Assembly: GCA_033762915.1 (NCBI GenBank)
Contig: JANRLD010000103.1
Coordinates: forward strand, 1-18,101
Direction of reading: 5' to 3'
Length of the DNA stretch: 18,101 bases
Source of the DNA: Meiothermus sp.
GTDB lineage: Bacteria > Deinococcota > Deinococci > Deinococcales > Thermaceae
Part shown: positions 1 through 8,775 of the stretch, piece by piece
How the letters are laid out: each line of letters opens with the position of its first letter
How positions within the stretch are numbered: the stretch's first letter is position 1
Notes under the pieces: model-generated
What the model was told of the DNA's origin: nothing
Seen by the model: the letters and a program-made list of their open reading frames with translations, nothing else
Database searches by the model: none
Made by a program: the position numbers and the translations under genes

Positions 1-946
1 GCAGGTAAGGAAGCGCCTCGAGCTGGCTCGAGCGCTGGGCCATCAGCCCCAGCACAAAGAGGTACGGTCCGCCGGTGCAGGGCAACTCGAAGAGGGTCAC
101 GGCGGCCCCGGTCACGAAAGCCACTGGCGGGTCGGTGGCCCGCCGAATCAGGCTGAACAGGGCGGGCCGCCAGCGCCGGGGGATTTCCGTCACAAAGCCC
201 CCGCCGCCGTACCAGAAGTAGTCCTTCAGGTTGGCCAGCCCGATCAGGATGGCCAGCGCCCCCACAGCCGTTTTGAACCAGCCCGCGGCGCTGGTGAACC
301 GCAGGGCGCTCAGAATGCCCAGGCCAAATAGCACGTAAGCCAGAAAGATGCCCAGGGTGAAGGCCAGCCCGGTGCGCAGTACCCGGCGGCGGTCTTCGGC
401 GTCCTCGAAGATCATCAGCCCGCCAAACAGCAGCAGGATCACCGCGATCGCGCAGGGATTTATAGAGTCCACCAGCGCTGCGCCCAGAAGGGTCAGCAGG
501 AAGGGGAGACCCAGCGAGGGGCTCGAGGTCGGGGTGGCTGTGGGCGAGGTCACTCCTGTGCCCGCAAGGGTGGGGCAAGTGGCCCCGCGGTGGCTCAGCA
601 CCAGGCTCTCGAGGTACTTCAGGATGGGGGTATCACCCACTAGGTACCGCCCCCCGATGAAGACCGCTGGGATGCCCTGCTCATTCTGGGGTACCTGGTA
701 CTGATCAAACAGCGCATTGAGTCTGAGTAGGTTTTCGCGGTTGCGGTAAATCTCGAAGCGCTCGAGACGAAGCCAGGGATAACGCTGCTCGATGGAGGGC
801 AGGAACCCCGCCACCTTAGCGCAGTGGGGGCAGCCCTCGCCCCAAAAATAGTACAGACAGGTAGTCTGAGCGGCGGCAGAGTTCACAGCGCTTATCAGAC
901 TTAGGCTGATGATCCACCACACGAATAGGGTTTTAAGGCGTGACAT
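1..946 (-). CDS. Thioredoxin/glutaredoxin-domain + CcdA/DsbD-type membrane domain fusion (runs off left edge)
   Basis: Manual translation from ATG at 946: signal-like N-terminus, YFWGEGCPHC (CxxC), GIPAVFIGG cis-Pro loop, Thr/Pro/Ser linker, then TM domain with DSINPCA and FELPCTGGPY (the two Pro-Cys motifs of CcdA/DsbD-beta). Open to window edge; absent from ORF track. Confidence 0.9.
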   Translation of the reverse strand, partial: MSRLKTLFVWWIISLSLISAVNSAAAQTTCLYYFWGEGCPHCAKVAGFLPSIEQRYPWLRLERFEIYRNRENLLRLNALFDQYQVPQNEQGIPAVFIGGRYLVGDTPILKYLESLVLSHRGATCPTLAGTGVTSPTATPTSSPSLGLPFLLTLLGAALVDSINPCAIAVILLLFGGLMIFEDAEDRRRVLRTGLAFTLGIFLAYVLFGLGILSALRFTSAAGWFKTAVGALAILIGLANLKDYFWYGGGGFVTEIPRRWRPALFSLIRRATDPPVAFVTGAAVTLFELPCTGGPYLFVLGLMAQRSSQLEALPYL

Positions 947-988
947 GGGGCCACCTGACCCGTCTGGAAACCTTCCCCCACCCGGCAC

Positions 989-1417
989 TCAGCGCGGCAA
1001 GAAATCCCTCAGGTATTCCAGCAACTGGGCGTAGGGAAACTCGTAGGCCGAACTGCTGGGGGTGTTGAGCTCGAGGATGTCTTCACCGGGGGCAAAGACC
1101 CTCCGGAGCAGTAGCATCCCCGGCGGCTCGATCAGGGCGACATCGGCGGCGCGGTAGCTTTCTTCCCCGGGCTGATGTTCGGGGAAGGGCGGCTGCCAAG
1201 GGGCCAGCAAACGCTCGACGGCCATAGGTTCCTCACCAAAGCTCTCCGACTCATCGCTCACGCCGCCCAGAAAGGAGGGTGGCTTCTCATCCAGCCGTAC
1301 CAGGGCTTCGGCGAATTCCAGGGCGGGCATCACCAAGGTTTCCTCACCGTCCCCCTGGATAAACAGCACCAAGTTTTCGCCCTCGAGGCGGGCTTCCAGT
1401 CCTTCCAAGTCGACCAT
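989..1417 (-). CDS. Hypothetical acidic protein (142 aa)
   Basis: Strong AGGAGG RBS before ATG, natural-looking composition, co-oriented with neighbours; no family recognised. Confidence 0.8.
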   Translation of the reverse strand: MVDLEGLEARLEGENLVLFIQGDGEETLVMPALEFAEALVRLDEKPPSFLGGVSDESESFGEEPMAVERLLAPWQPPFPEHQPGEESYRAADVALIEPPGMLLLRRVFAPGEDILELNTPSSSAYEFPYAQLLEYLRDFLPR

Positions 1418-1549
1418 AACGCCCTCCTATCTGCACGGTGAACCAGCTTGTATGAAGTGTTTGGCCCGGCTTGCTCGAGGGTGGGTAGCCTGTCGGCCGA
1501 AGGCCGCGGCGTTTTTTTCGAGGGCTTCGCAGGCTCGCTTAGGCGCGGA

Positions 1550-2218
1550 TCAGTACACCAGCGAACTGGGCTTCACCAGGATGCGGTTGTGCACTTCGCG
1601 GACCCCGTCGGCCGCCCAGGCCGCGTCCTCAGCTTCCTCGCGGGCCGAGTAGGTGTGGACGGTTCCCGAGAGGGTCACGGTGTTGCCGCTCACCTCCACT
1701 CCGATCCGACCTGCGTCGTCCTGGGCGCTGCGGTGCAGGGCCGCCACGATAGACCCCTTGATGTCCTTTGGGGTGGCGCGGTTCTTGATGGTGATGTGGT
1801 TTTGGATGCTCTTTACCCCGCTTAGCTTGAGGATGGCTTTGGTAGCCGCCTGGCGCTGAAACTGCCATTCCAGCTCGCCCTCGAGCTTTACATGGCCCTC
1901 GTGCACCGTCACCCAGATTCGGTCGTGCGGCACGTTAACGTCCCACTCCAGGGCCTTGACCACCATGGCCGCGATCTCGCTGTCGGTGCGCTCCATGGCC
2001 AGCGGCAGGGCCACTTCTAGCTCGTCGGCAATCCCCCTGACTCCCCGGACCTTTTGCGCCAGCCTGACCGCGAGGTGCTTCTCAGCGAAGCTGGGCACGA
2101 AGCCGGAGAGGGTGACCACGCCGTCCTTGGCGGTCACGCCGATGCTCGAGGCGTCCACGGCGGGGCTCCACTCGAGATGCTCGACCACGTCACGTTGCAG
2201 GGTTTCGTTGGCGTTCAT
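1550..2218 (-). CDS. BON-domain protein (OsmY-like, three BON repeats)
   Basis: Three repeats of I-x-V-x-x-x-x-G-x-V-T/K-L-S/E-G ... GV-x-x-I/V-x-N/D; AGGAGG RBS. Confidence 0.93.
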   Translation of the reverse strand: MNANETLQRDVVEHLEWSPAVDASSIGVTAKDGVVTLSGFVPSFAEKHLAVRLAQKVRGVRGIADELEVALPLAMERTDSEIAAMVVKALEWDVNVPHDRIWVTVHEGHVKLEGELEWQFQRQAATKAILKLSGVKSIQNHITIKNRATPKDIKGSIVAALHRSAQDDAGRIGVEVSGNTVTLSGTVHTYSAREEAEDAAWAADGVREVHNRILVKPSSLVY

Positions 2219-2604
2219 AGCCTACCTCCTGGTCTGCTTGCACACCACTCAGGCTAGGAGTGGACTGTTACCAAGCGATTACAGGACAGGCCCGTAATGC
2301 CCTCGCCAGAGCCGCGAACTCGAAGCTGCCACACAAGCTGGCAAAGCCAGACTTCAGAGAGCTGTTGTTTATGGGGTGGGCAAGGTCAATCCTTGTCTCG
2401 ATCACCCCTAAGTATTGGGAGGAGGGTTGTGCGAAATTTAGGCCAACACTAGACACACTTGATCTTTGGCGCAGCTGCCCATCTGATGGTGTGGTGTTGA
2501 GTGTGTGGGCTTCTTTCGGGCTGTCCAGATTGGATCAGGAAAACTCCCGGTCTTGGTGCTGCTAACCCTTAGCTCGAGGTGGCGATTCGCGGGCGGCCGT
2601 CGCC

Positions 2605-2634
2605 TTGTCAGCTTGAGAAGTACCGTGGTAGGTT
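2605..2634 (+). promoter_or_regulatory. Putative sigma-70 promoter, leaderless, for the methyltransferase
   Basis: TTGTCA (2605-2610), 18-bp spacer, TAGGTT (2629-2634) with extended TGn, 5 nt before ATG 2640; no RBS. Confidence 0.55.
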
Positions 2635-2639
2635 GGGCC

Positions 2640-3302
2640 ATGAGTCAAGAGAACCCCTTCTGGGAGCGGCCGGAGGTGGTCGAGCAGTTCGCCGCACGGC
2701 CCCCTGACCGGCGCATGATGGAGCTTCTGGCAAGCGCGCCCCGAACCCTGCGGGCGCTCGACCTGGGCTGCGCGGGTGGGCGCAACACCGAGTGGCTGGC
2801 CCGGGAGGGGTTCGACTTCTTCGCCCTCGACGGCTCCAGGGCCATGCTCGAGAAGACCCGCAGTAGGGTCGAGCCCTACACCGGTCGGGACGAAGCCAAG
2901 CGACGGGTGGTCGAGGGACGAATCGACGACCTCGGCCAGTTTGATAGCGACTTTTTCGACTTAATCGTCTGCTTCGGGGTCTACCACGCCGCGCAGAGCG
3001 TCGCCGAGTGGGATAGGAGCATGGGGGAGAGTGCAAGAGTCCTCAGGCCCAACGCCCGGCTTTTGATGACCCAGTTCAGCCCCCGGTCTAACCCCTCAGG
3101 TAGAGGTTTGCAGCAGCTCGAGCCGCACATCTTCGCGGGTTTTCGCGGAGAGCGGAAGATGTTGCTCCTGGAGCCAGACGAACTCGATGCATGGATGGCC
3201 AGACACGGCCTTAGACCCATCCACCCCACCTACGAAATCACCGCCCCGTCGGACGAGGGGGGAACCCGAGTGGTGGTTAATGGCCTGTTCCAGAAGGCTT
3301 AA
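2640..3302 (+). CDS. Class I SAM-dependent methyltransferase (220 aa)
   Basis: ALDLGCAGGRN motif I, FDLIVCFGVYH, ARVLRPNARL. Start moved from 2505 to ATG 2640 (MSQENPFW). Confidence 0.9.
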   Translation: MSQENPFWERPEVVEQFAARPPDRRMMELLASAPRTLRALDLGCAGGRNTEWLAREGFDFFALDGSRAMLEKTRSRVEPYTGRDEAKRRVVEGRIDDLGQFDSDFFDLIVCFGVYHAAQSVAEWDRSMGESARVLRPNARLLMTQFSPRSNPSGRGLQQLEPHIFAGFRGERKMLLLEPDELDAWMARHGLRPIHPTYEITAPSDEGGTRVVVNGLFQKA

Positions 3303-3693
3303 AAAGTGCGGTGTCGAACGGATGGGAGCCAGAAGATTTCTGCTGGCCTGGACCAAAATCTACAGCAAGGTTTGGACCCCGACGGACGACGGTACCGACG
3401 AAACCCGAGGTATCTAGGGGTTTACAAATTGACTCCGGCAAACCGCAACCCGAAAACACGGCGGGCAAGGGAATTCGGCCTCAATGTCGTTGTAGCGCAT
3501 GGGCTGAAATCCGCTACAAGGAGCTAGCTCGAGGCATAAACCTCTGCCCGGTTCCGCTGCCCTTGCACCCTCGGTACCGAAAGACAGTTTTCGGCCATAA
3601 GGGGCTTTAGGTCGAGATCATACAGGTCCACTCCCCAGGTTGAGGCTCTCGCGTAGGTCGACGCGGGTGCGGCTGTGGGTGGCACCTTGCGCC

Positions 3694-3713
3694 CACATTA
3701 GCGCGCTATTGTG
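3694..3713. promoter_or_regulatory. Near-perfect 20-bp palindrome CACATTAGCGCGCTATTGTG (candidate operator or hairpin)
   Basis: One mismatched pair; core resembles the motifs at 8348 and 11420. Confidence 0.4.
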
Positions 3714-3738
3714 CGAGGCCAAAGGGGAGGAAACTCTA

Positions 3739-4353
3739 CTAAACCGCTGCCTCGGTGCAGGGCACGCACAGCGTTTTGCCGTCTACTGTGCGGGCTTTGT
3801 TCTGGGCTACCGTCTCGCCGCAGCTCTCGCATCGGGTGTAGAGAGGCGCCCCGTTGCGGCGCGGGGGGAGGGCGGGGGGCTGTTTAAACTCGTAGAGGGT
3901 CTCGAGGGGCGCGTCCAGAATCAGTTTTGCCCGGGCGTTTTGCAACTGCCAAAAGCGCTTCTTTTCCTCGGGCGTCATGGTCTTGTCGCGCAGTTTTTGC
4001 CACAAGGCCTGATGCTCCTCGCTCATTGGGCCACCAGCCGTGGCCTTTGAAACGATGCGGACAGTTTTGCCGTCGGCCCGACTGCTGAAGGTGTAAGCGT
4101 TCTTGCCGTAGTCGAGGTGCAACAGGGTGCCGCGCCCGAAAGTGCAGCCGACCAAGTACTGGATGGCATCCACCGCGCACATATCGGTCTCTACCTGGGC
4201 GGCCACTTCCCACTCCTCGGTCGCCCGTCCCACCTCACGCAGCGCGACCTCTGCGGCCCGAATGCCCATGGCCAGACCTGGGCACAGGTGACCGTGGAAG
4301 GCCACCGCGCCTTGAACCATTTCCTCGGTAATCACAGGAGTTTCCCTTACCAT
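3739..4353 (-). CDS. FmdE-family protein with C-terminal 4-Cys zinc finger
   Basis: FHGHLCPGLAMG and ETDMCAVDAIQ...GCTFGRG (FmdE signatures), then CESC...CVPC. AAGGAGG RBS before ATG 4353. Confidence 0.92.
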   Translation of the reverse strand: MVRETPVITEEMVQGAVAFHGHLCPGLAMGIRAAEVALREVGRATEEWEVAAQVETDMCAVDAIQYLVGCTFGRGTLLHLDYGKNAYTFSSRADGKTVRIVSKATAGGPMSEEHQALWQKLRDKTMTPEEKKRFWQLQNARAKLILDAPLETLYEFKQPPALPPRRNGAPLYTRCESCGETVAQNKARTVDGKTLCVPCTEAAV

Positions 4354-4407
4354 GCTAGCCTCCTTGAGAGTTGCGCCTAGTCTAAGGCACCTCGAGCCAC
4401 CCACGCC

Positions 4408-5205
4408 TTAAGCCTTGCCGTACTGGCGCAGCCTGGGGTTGCTCCAGCGCTGTAGATGATCGGAAAGCAGGCTCAACGCGAACAGCGTCAGCGCCAGTGC
4501 CGCGCCGGGGGCCACCACCAGCCACCAGGCCTGCCGCAGGTAAGGCTGTGCGTCCTGCAACATCCCGCCCCAACTCGGTCGGCTCACGTCACCCAGGCCC
4601 AGGAACGAGAGGCCAGCTTCCAGCAGAATCGCCCCTTCCAGGCGAAACGGCAGCAGTGCCAGCAGGGCCGGCCAGGCCATCGGGAGCATGTGCTTGAACG
4701 CGACCCGGACTTCGCTCATCCCCAGCGCCCGTGCCCCCACCACGAACTCTTCCTCGCGGATCGAAACCATCCGGCTGCGCAAGACCCGGGCCAGCCCGGT
4801 CCAGCCGGTTAGGCCGATCACCAGCGCCACCTGCCAGATGCCCGCGCCGATCAGGGTGATGACCAACAGCGCCAGTAGCAACCCCGGCACGGTGTCCACC
4901 AGCTCCGCCAGCCGCATCAAGACTTCGTCCACCCAGCCGCCCAGCGTCCCCGCGAGCAGCCCGAATAGCCCGCCCAGCACCAGTGCGATCAGCGTCGCCA
5001 GACCGCCCACCAGCAGCGAAGTCCTGGCCCCGTGCACCAGCCGGCTCCACACGTCCCGCCCCAGCTGGTCGGTGCCCAGCAGGTACTCGCCCCCTGGGGC
5101 CGCTAATGCGGGGCCCCCCGTACGCCAGGGGTCTTGTGCGGCCAGAAGACCGGGAACCAGACCCGCGACGAGCAACATGCCCAGAATCAACAGGACAAAA
5201 ACCAT
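4408..5205 (-). CDS. Dpp/Opp/Nik-type ABC permease (DppC-like)
   Basis: LLGTDQLGRDVWSRLVHGARTSL, EAA loop EEFVVGARALG, EAGLSFLGLG. GGAGG RBS supports ATG 5205; TTG 5340 is an alternative start. Confidence 0.92.
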   Translation of the reverse strand: MVFVLLILGMLLVAGLVPGLLAAQDPWRTGGPALAAPGGEYLLGTDQLGRDVWSRLVHGARTSLLVGGLATLIALVLGGLFGLLAGTLGGWVDEVLMRLAELVDTVPGLLLALLVITLIGAGIWQVALVIGLTGWTGLARVLRSRMVSIREEEFVVGARALGMSEVRVAFKHMLPMAWPALLALLPFRLEGAILLEAGLSFLGLGDVSRPSWGGMLQDAQPYLRQAWWLVVAPGAALALTLFALSLLSDHLQRWSNPRLRQYGKA

Positions 5206-5336
5206 CTCGCCTCCGAGACGGTTTGCGGCTTTCGGCCCCCTAAGCGTCTGCATAGAGTCTTTGTGGACTGCCCTCCACAACCCCTCCCGAATCTCTGAAC
5301 CGGAGCCACCCGTCGCCGGGGTCACCCAAGCGCATC

Positions 5337-6305
5337 TCAACCATACCGCACCCTCGGGTCGAGACCCGCCACCGCCAGGTCGGCGATCAGGTTGGCCAGG
5401 ATCACCCCGACCGCCCCCGCCAGAATCACCCCGATTACCAGCGGATAGTCCCTGGCCAGCGTGGAGTCTACCGCCAACCGACCCAGCCCGGGCCAGGCAA
5501 ACACCGTCTCGGTGATCACTGCCCCCCCCACCCAGTGTCCGCTCGAGAGCGCCAGCAGGGTCACGGGCGCGGGCAGTGCGTTGCGAAGGACGTGTTTGTT
5601 CTGCACCGCCCGCTCGTTAAGCCCTTTGGCTCGAGCCGTGGTCACGAAGTCTTGTCCCATTACCTCCAGGGCCTCCGCCCGTGTGATTCGGGCGATGGTT
5701 GCCAGGGGCTGGAGCCCCAGGGTCAGCGCAGGCAGGATCAGGTGGGCCAGCAGGTCCCAGAGGCGCGGCAGCCCCTCGGGTGTCCCGCGTACCGAGTACA
5801 TTCCGTTGGTGGGTAGCAGCCCCAGGTAGAGCGCAAACAGCAGAATCAGCAGTTGGCCTAGCAGGAAGGGAGGCAGCCCCGTGCCCAGCAGGATGCCCAG
5901 GAAGGCGCTGCGCTCGAGCCTGGGGTTGGTCTGGCTCAGCCTTGCCAGCCACAGCCCAAGGGGGACGCCCAGACCGGCGGCGATGACCAGGGCGGCACCG
6001 GCAAGGATTAACGTGGCGGGTATGCGCTCGACGATGGCCTCGAGGACCGGACGCCCCTGGGTGATGGACTGCCCGAGGTTGCCTTGAGCAAGCGCGGATA
6101 TGTACGCCCCAAACCGCTCCAGCAGCGGCTGATCGAGGCCGTAGCGCTCGCGCAAGGTCTGCACCAGTCCGGGGTCGGAGCTGTCGGCCAGCAGGTAAAT
6201 CACCGGGTCGCCGGGGGCCACGCTCACGAGCAGAAAGTTCAGCGCCGCGATACCCAAAAGTAGCGGGATCGCAATCAGGAGACGGCGGGCGGCATAGGTG
6301 AACAT
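5337..6305 (-). CDS. Dpp/Opp/Nik-type ABC permease (DppB-like)
   Basis: APGDP, YGLDQPL, DFVTTARAKGL, HVLRNAL, ETVFAWPGLG, LDPRVRY. Start taken at ATG 6305 (MFTYAARR). Confidence 0.93.
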   Translation of the reverse strand: MFTYAARRLLIAIPLLLGIAALNFLLVSVAPGDPVIYLLADSSDPGLVQTLRERYGLDQPLLERFGAYISALAQGNLGQSITQGRPVLEAIVERIPATLILAGAALVIAAGLGVPLGLWLARLSQTNPRLERSAFLGILLGTGLPPFLLGQLLILLFALYLGLLPTNGMYSVRGTPEGLPRLWDLLAHLILPALTLGLQPLATIARITRAEALEVMGQDFVTTARAKGLNERAVQNKHVLRNALPAPVTLLALSSGHWVGGAVITETVFAWPGLGRLAVDSTLARDYPLVIGVILAGAVGVILANLIADLAVAGLDPRVRYG

Positions 6306-6700
6306 CGCGTCTGGGAACTTTCGGACCTGCAACGCAGGGCTCGGCCGACAACTCGAGCAGTAGCTTGTGCCAGGCGCGTCCGCACTTCGTTCGGCGGTTG
6401 AGCCAAACCCTCTGGCGCAACTATAGTCCTCACCCAGGAAGACGAACGCTTACTTCTCCAACCTTTAGTGTTGCTTCGAGGTGGGTCTGAAAAACTGATG
6501 GATGCGGCAGTCATGGGACTCGCACCACTCACTGGCGGGCAATCCGGAGCAATACCTTGCAATTCAACCCGGGATACTTTTGATCGCGATTTTTAGGACC
6601 TCATCCCACCCGGTGCCTATCCCATCCACCGAGAACTGCGGGACGCCGGGCGCGGTTGGGTGGGGCTTCAGAACCTGCAGACAGAGTTATTCGGTAGACG

Positions 6701-6748
6701 CTCTTGCACCCGTGCTTGTACCCCTGCTTGCAGCAGTGCTTGCACCTT
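6701..6748. repeat. Four imperfect 12-bp tandem repeats (core TGCTTGCA)
   Basis: ctcttgcacccg / tgcttgtacccc / tgcttgcagcag / tgcttgcacctt. Confidence 0.7.
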
Positions 6749-6798
6749 GGTACGAGGCTGCGGCACTTGCTGGCCCTGGACATCTACCCAGGCCTAAC

Positions 6799-8337
6799 TC
6801 AGTTTCCCTCGATCGTCGCGCCCTCGAAGGTGTTGGAGCGCCAGATTTGGATGCCCTGGACGGCGCTGCGGTAGGCGCGGAAGCCCTCGGTCTCGACCAG
6901 CCAGAAGTAGGGGAGATCACGGGCCACGGCCTGCTGCAACTGCCGGTAGATCGCAATCCGCCGCTCGTCGTCTACGGTCTGCACGGCGCGGTCGAGCAGA
7001 GAGTCGACCAGCGGATTGATGTATAGCGAGCCGTTGGAGAAGGTGATGGGGCCAATGTTTTTCGAGGTCAGAAGGCGCTTCACACCGATGTCGGGGTCGG
7101 GGCCGCCGCACAGCGAGGCCACGCCGAGGTCGAAGTCTTTCCTTACGTAAACCTTATCCACGGCGGCGTTGAAGTCCAGGGGCTCGAGCACCAGGTCAAT
7201 CCCGACTTGGCGCAACTGATCCTTCAGGACATCACCCAGCGAGCCGAAGTTGGCGGGCGCGAAGGTGAACTTGATCTGAAAGCGCACCCCATTCGCGCGG
7301 CGCAGGAAACCGGCCGCGTCCAGCAACTGGTTGGCGCGGTTAACGTCGAAAGCGTAGCTGGGGATGTTGGGGTCGAAAAAGGGCAGGGTCGAGGCGATGG
7401 GGCCACGGGCCACCCGGCCCTGGTTGAAGTTGACGCGCTCGAGGATGAACTCGCGGTTGATCGCGTGGTAGAAGGCCTGGCGTACACGGGGGTTCTTGAA
7501 GAAAGGGTTGCGCAGGTTGGGCACCAGGGTACTCACGCAGTAGGAGCCGCCGGCTCCCGCGGGATTGCGCTCGAGCCGGACGGTCTGCACCTGCCGCAGC
7601 CGCGCAGTGTCGGCCCCGCCCACGCCGAACAGGTAGTCCACCTCGCCCCGCTCAAGGGCGGTGGCCGCCGCAGTGGCGTTGGGGATAATGCGGAAGACCA
7701 CCCGGTCCAGCCGGGGGAAGCCCTGGCGCCAGTAATTCTCGTTCCTGAGCAAGATCACCTGCTGTCCGCGCTGCCACTCGCCGAACCTGAACGGTCCTGT
7801 GCCGATGGGGCGCTGATTGACCGGGTTGTTCAGCGGGTCGGTGCCCTGGTAGAGGTGGCGCGGCAGGATGGGGGCCTCGATGTTGTCGAGCCGTCGCAGA
7901 AGCGGGGCGTAGGGGTTAGCGAAGCGGAAGACCACGGTGGTCGCGTTGGGCGTCTCGATGCGGGTGAGGGTGCCCTCGAGGCCCGCCCTGGTGCGGGAGT
8001 GGAACTTGAGCAGCACCTCCTCGAAGGTGAACTTCACGTCCGCCGAGGTGAAGGGCTGGCCATCGTGCCAGCGCACTCCCTGGCGCAGGAAAAACACATA
8101 AGTCTTGCCGTTGTCGCGCACTTCCCAGCGCTCGGCCAGTTCGGGCACCGGGTTGGCGTTGATGTCCAGACCCACCAGCCCGTTAAAGACCGACCCCGCC
8201 ACAGTGTTTACGTTGGCAGCTGTAGTGATGCCGGGGTTGAGGTGTGGCGGCTCGCTGGTAGCAGCAGCCACCAGGGTTTTTTGCGCATGACCGAGGCCCA
8301 ACAACACAGCCAGACCGAGAGCCAAAATTCGAACCAT
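6799..8337 (-). CDS. Family-5 (DppA/OppA/NikA-like) ABC substrate-binding protein
   Basis: Signal peptide; PELAERWEV...FFLRQGVRWHDGQPFTSADVKFT; PIGTGPF. GGGAGG RBS before ATG 8337. Confidence 0.94.
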   Translation of the reverse strand: MVRILALGLAVLLGLGHAQKTLVAAATSEPPHLNPGITTAANVNTVAGSVFNGLVGLDINANPVPELAERWEVRDNGKTYVFFLRQGVRWHDGQPFTSADVKFTFEEVLLKFHSRTRAGLEGTLTRIETPNATTVVFRFANPYAPLLRRLDNIEAPILPRHLYQGTDPLNNPVNQRPIGTGPFRFGEWQRGQQVILLRNENYWRQGFPRLDRVVFRIIPNATAAATALERGEVDYLFGVGGADTARLRQVQTVRLERNPAGAGGSYCVSTLVPNLRNPFFKNPRVRQAFYHAINREFILERVNFNQGRVARGPIASTLPFFDPNIPSYAFDVNRANQLLDAAGFLRRANGVRFQIKFTFAPANFGSLGDVLKDQLRQVGIDLVLEPLDFNAAVDKVYVRKDFDLGVASLCGGPDPDIGVKRLLTSKNIGPITFSNGSLYINPLVDSLLDRAVQTVDDERRIAIYRQLQQAVARDLPYFWLVETEGFRAYRSAVQGIQIWRSNTFEGATIEGN

Positions 8338-8347
8338 GTAGCCTCCC

Positions 8348-8385
8348 ATTAGCCAACTTATAACAAACTGACGGAGATCATACCA
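8348..8385 (-). promoter_or_regulatory. Extended -10 (TGGTATGAT, 8385-8377) plus candidate operator ATAAGTTGGCTAAT (8361-8348)
   Basis: AT-rich spacer between dsrE and the SBP gene; motif is 12/14 identical to 11420-11433. Confidence 0.55.
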
Positions 8386-8403
8386 TGTGTGTTCGGCGAG
8401 GGT

Positions 8404-8775
8404 TCAGCCGATGTAGATGAACTCCGATTTCCCTTCCGAGACCTCCCGGAGCACCTTGGCCAGGTATTTGAACTCGAAGCGCGGGTGGATTACCTCGCCC
8501 TCCGGCAGTCCGTGGCGTTTGGCCGAGACCGGGCAGAGGGTGACCCCGATCTCGGGGGTGTCCATCACCGCCTGCATGTGCTCGCGCAGCGGTGCATCGG
8601 CCGGAAGTGCGGCAAACTGCCGGCTGTGGGCGAACAGCACCGCCTCGCCCGCCAGGCGCACCTCGGCGGGCAGGCCCTCGGTGTGGGCGGTCTTGGCGAA
8701 GCGGAAGGCCCGAGTGGCGTGGCTAGGGTTTTCCGCGCCACTGGTCACGAAGAAAACCAGCTTCTTGAGGCTCAC
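8404..8775 (-). CDS. DsrE/DsrF-like family protein (putative sulfur carrier)
   Basis: LVFFVTSGAENP...AFRFA...VRLAGEAV...TLCPVSAKRHG pattern with a single Cys; GTGA coupling to the upstream SBP gene. Confidence 0.8.
   Translation of the reverse strand: MSLKKLVFFVTSGAENPSHATRAFRFAKTAHTEGLPAEVRLAGEAVLFAHSRQFAALPADAPLREHMQAVMDTPEIGVTLCPVSAKRHGLPEGEVIHPRFEFKYLAKVLREVSEGKSEFIYIG

Noticed and set aside
1488..1518. Hairpin CGGCC-GAA-GGCCG followed by T7
   Set aside because: The U-tract is on the plus strand while both flanking genes are minus; the stem is short, so not called as a terminator.
2260..2565. 101-aa plus-strand ORF in the divergent BON/methyltransferase gap
   Set aside because: Atypical composition and no family motif; more likely promoter DNA or a remnant.
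3739..4353. Evidence for a methanogen-type formylmethanofuran pathway
   Set aside because: FmdE-family proteins are widespread as stand-alone genes; no fmd/fwd catalytic subunits are present here.
6701..6748. Possible CRISPR array
   Set aside because: Units are 12 bp and contiguous, with no spacers and no cas genes in the window.
7207..8352. 381-aa plus-strand ORF (likewise 8811..9635, 4688..5515, 12599..13327)
   Set aside because: Shadow ORFs opposite well-supported genes.
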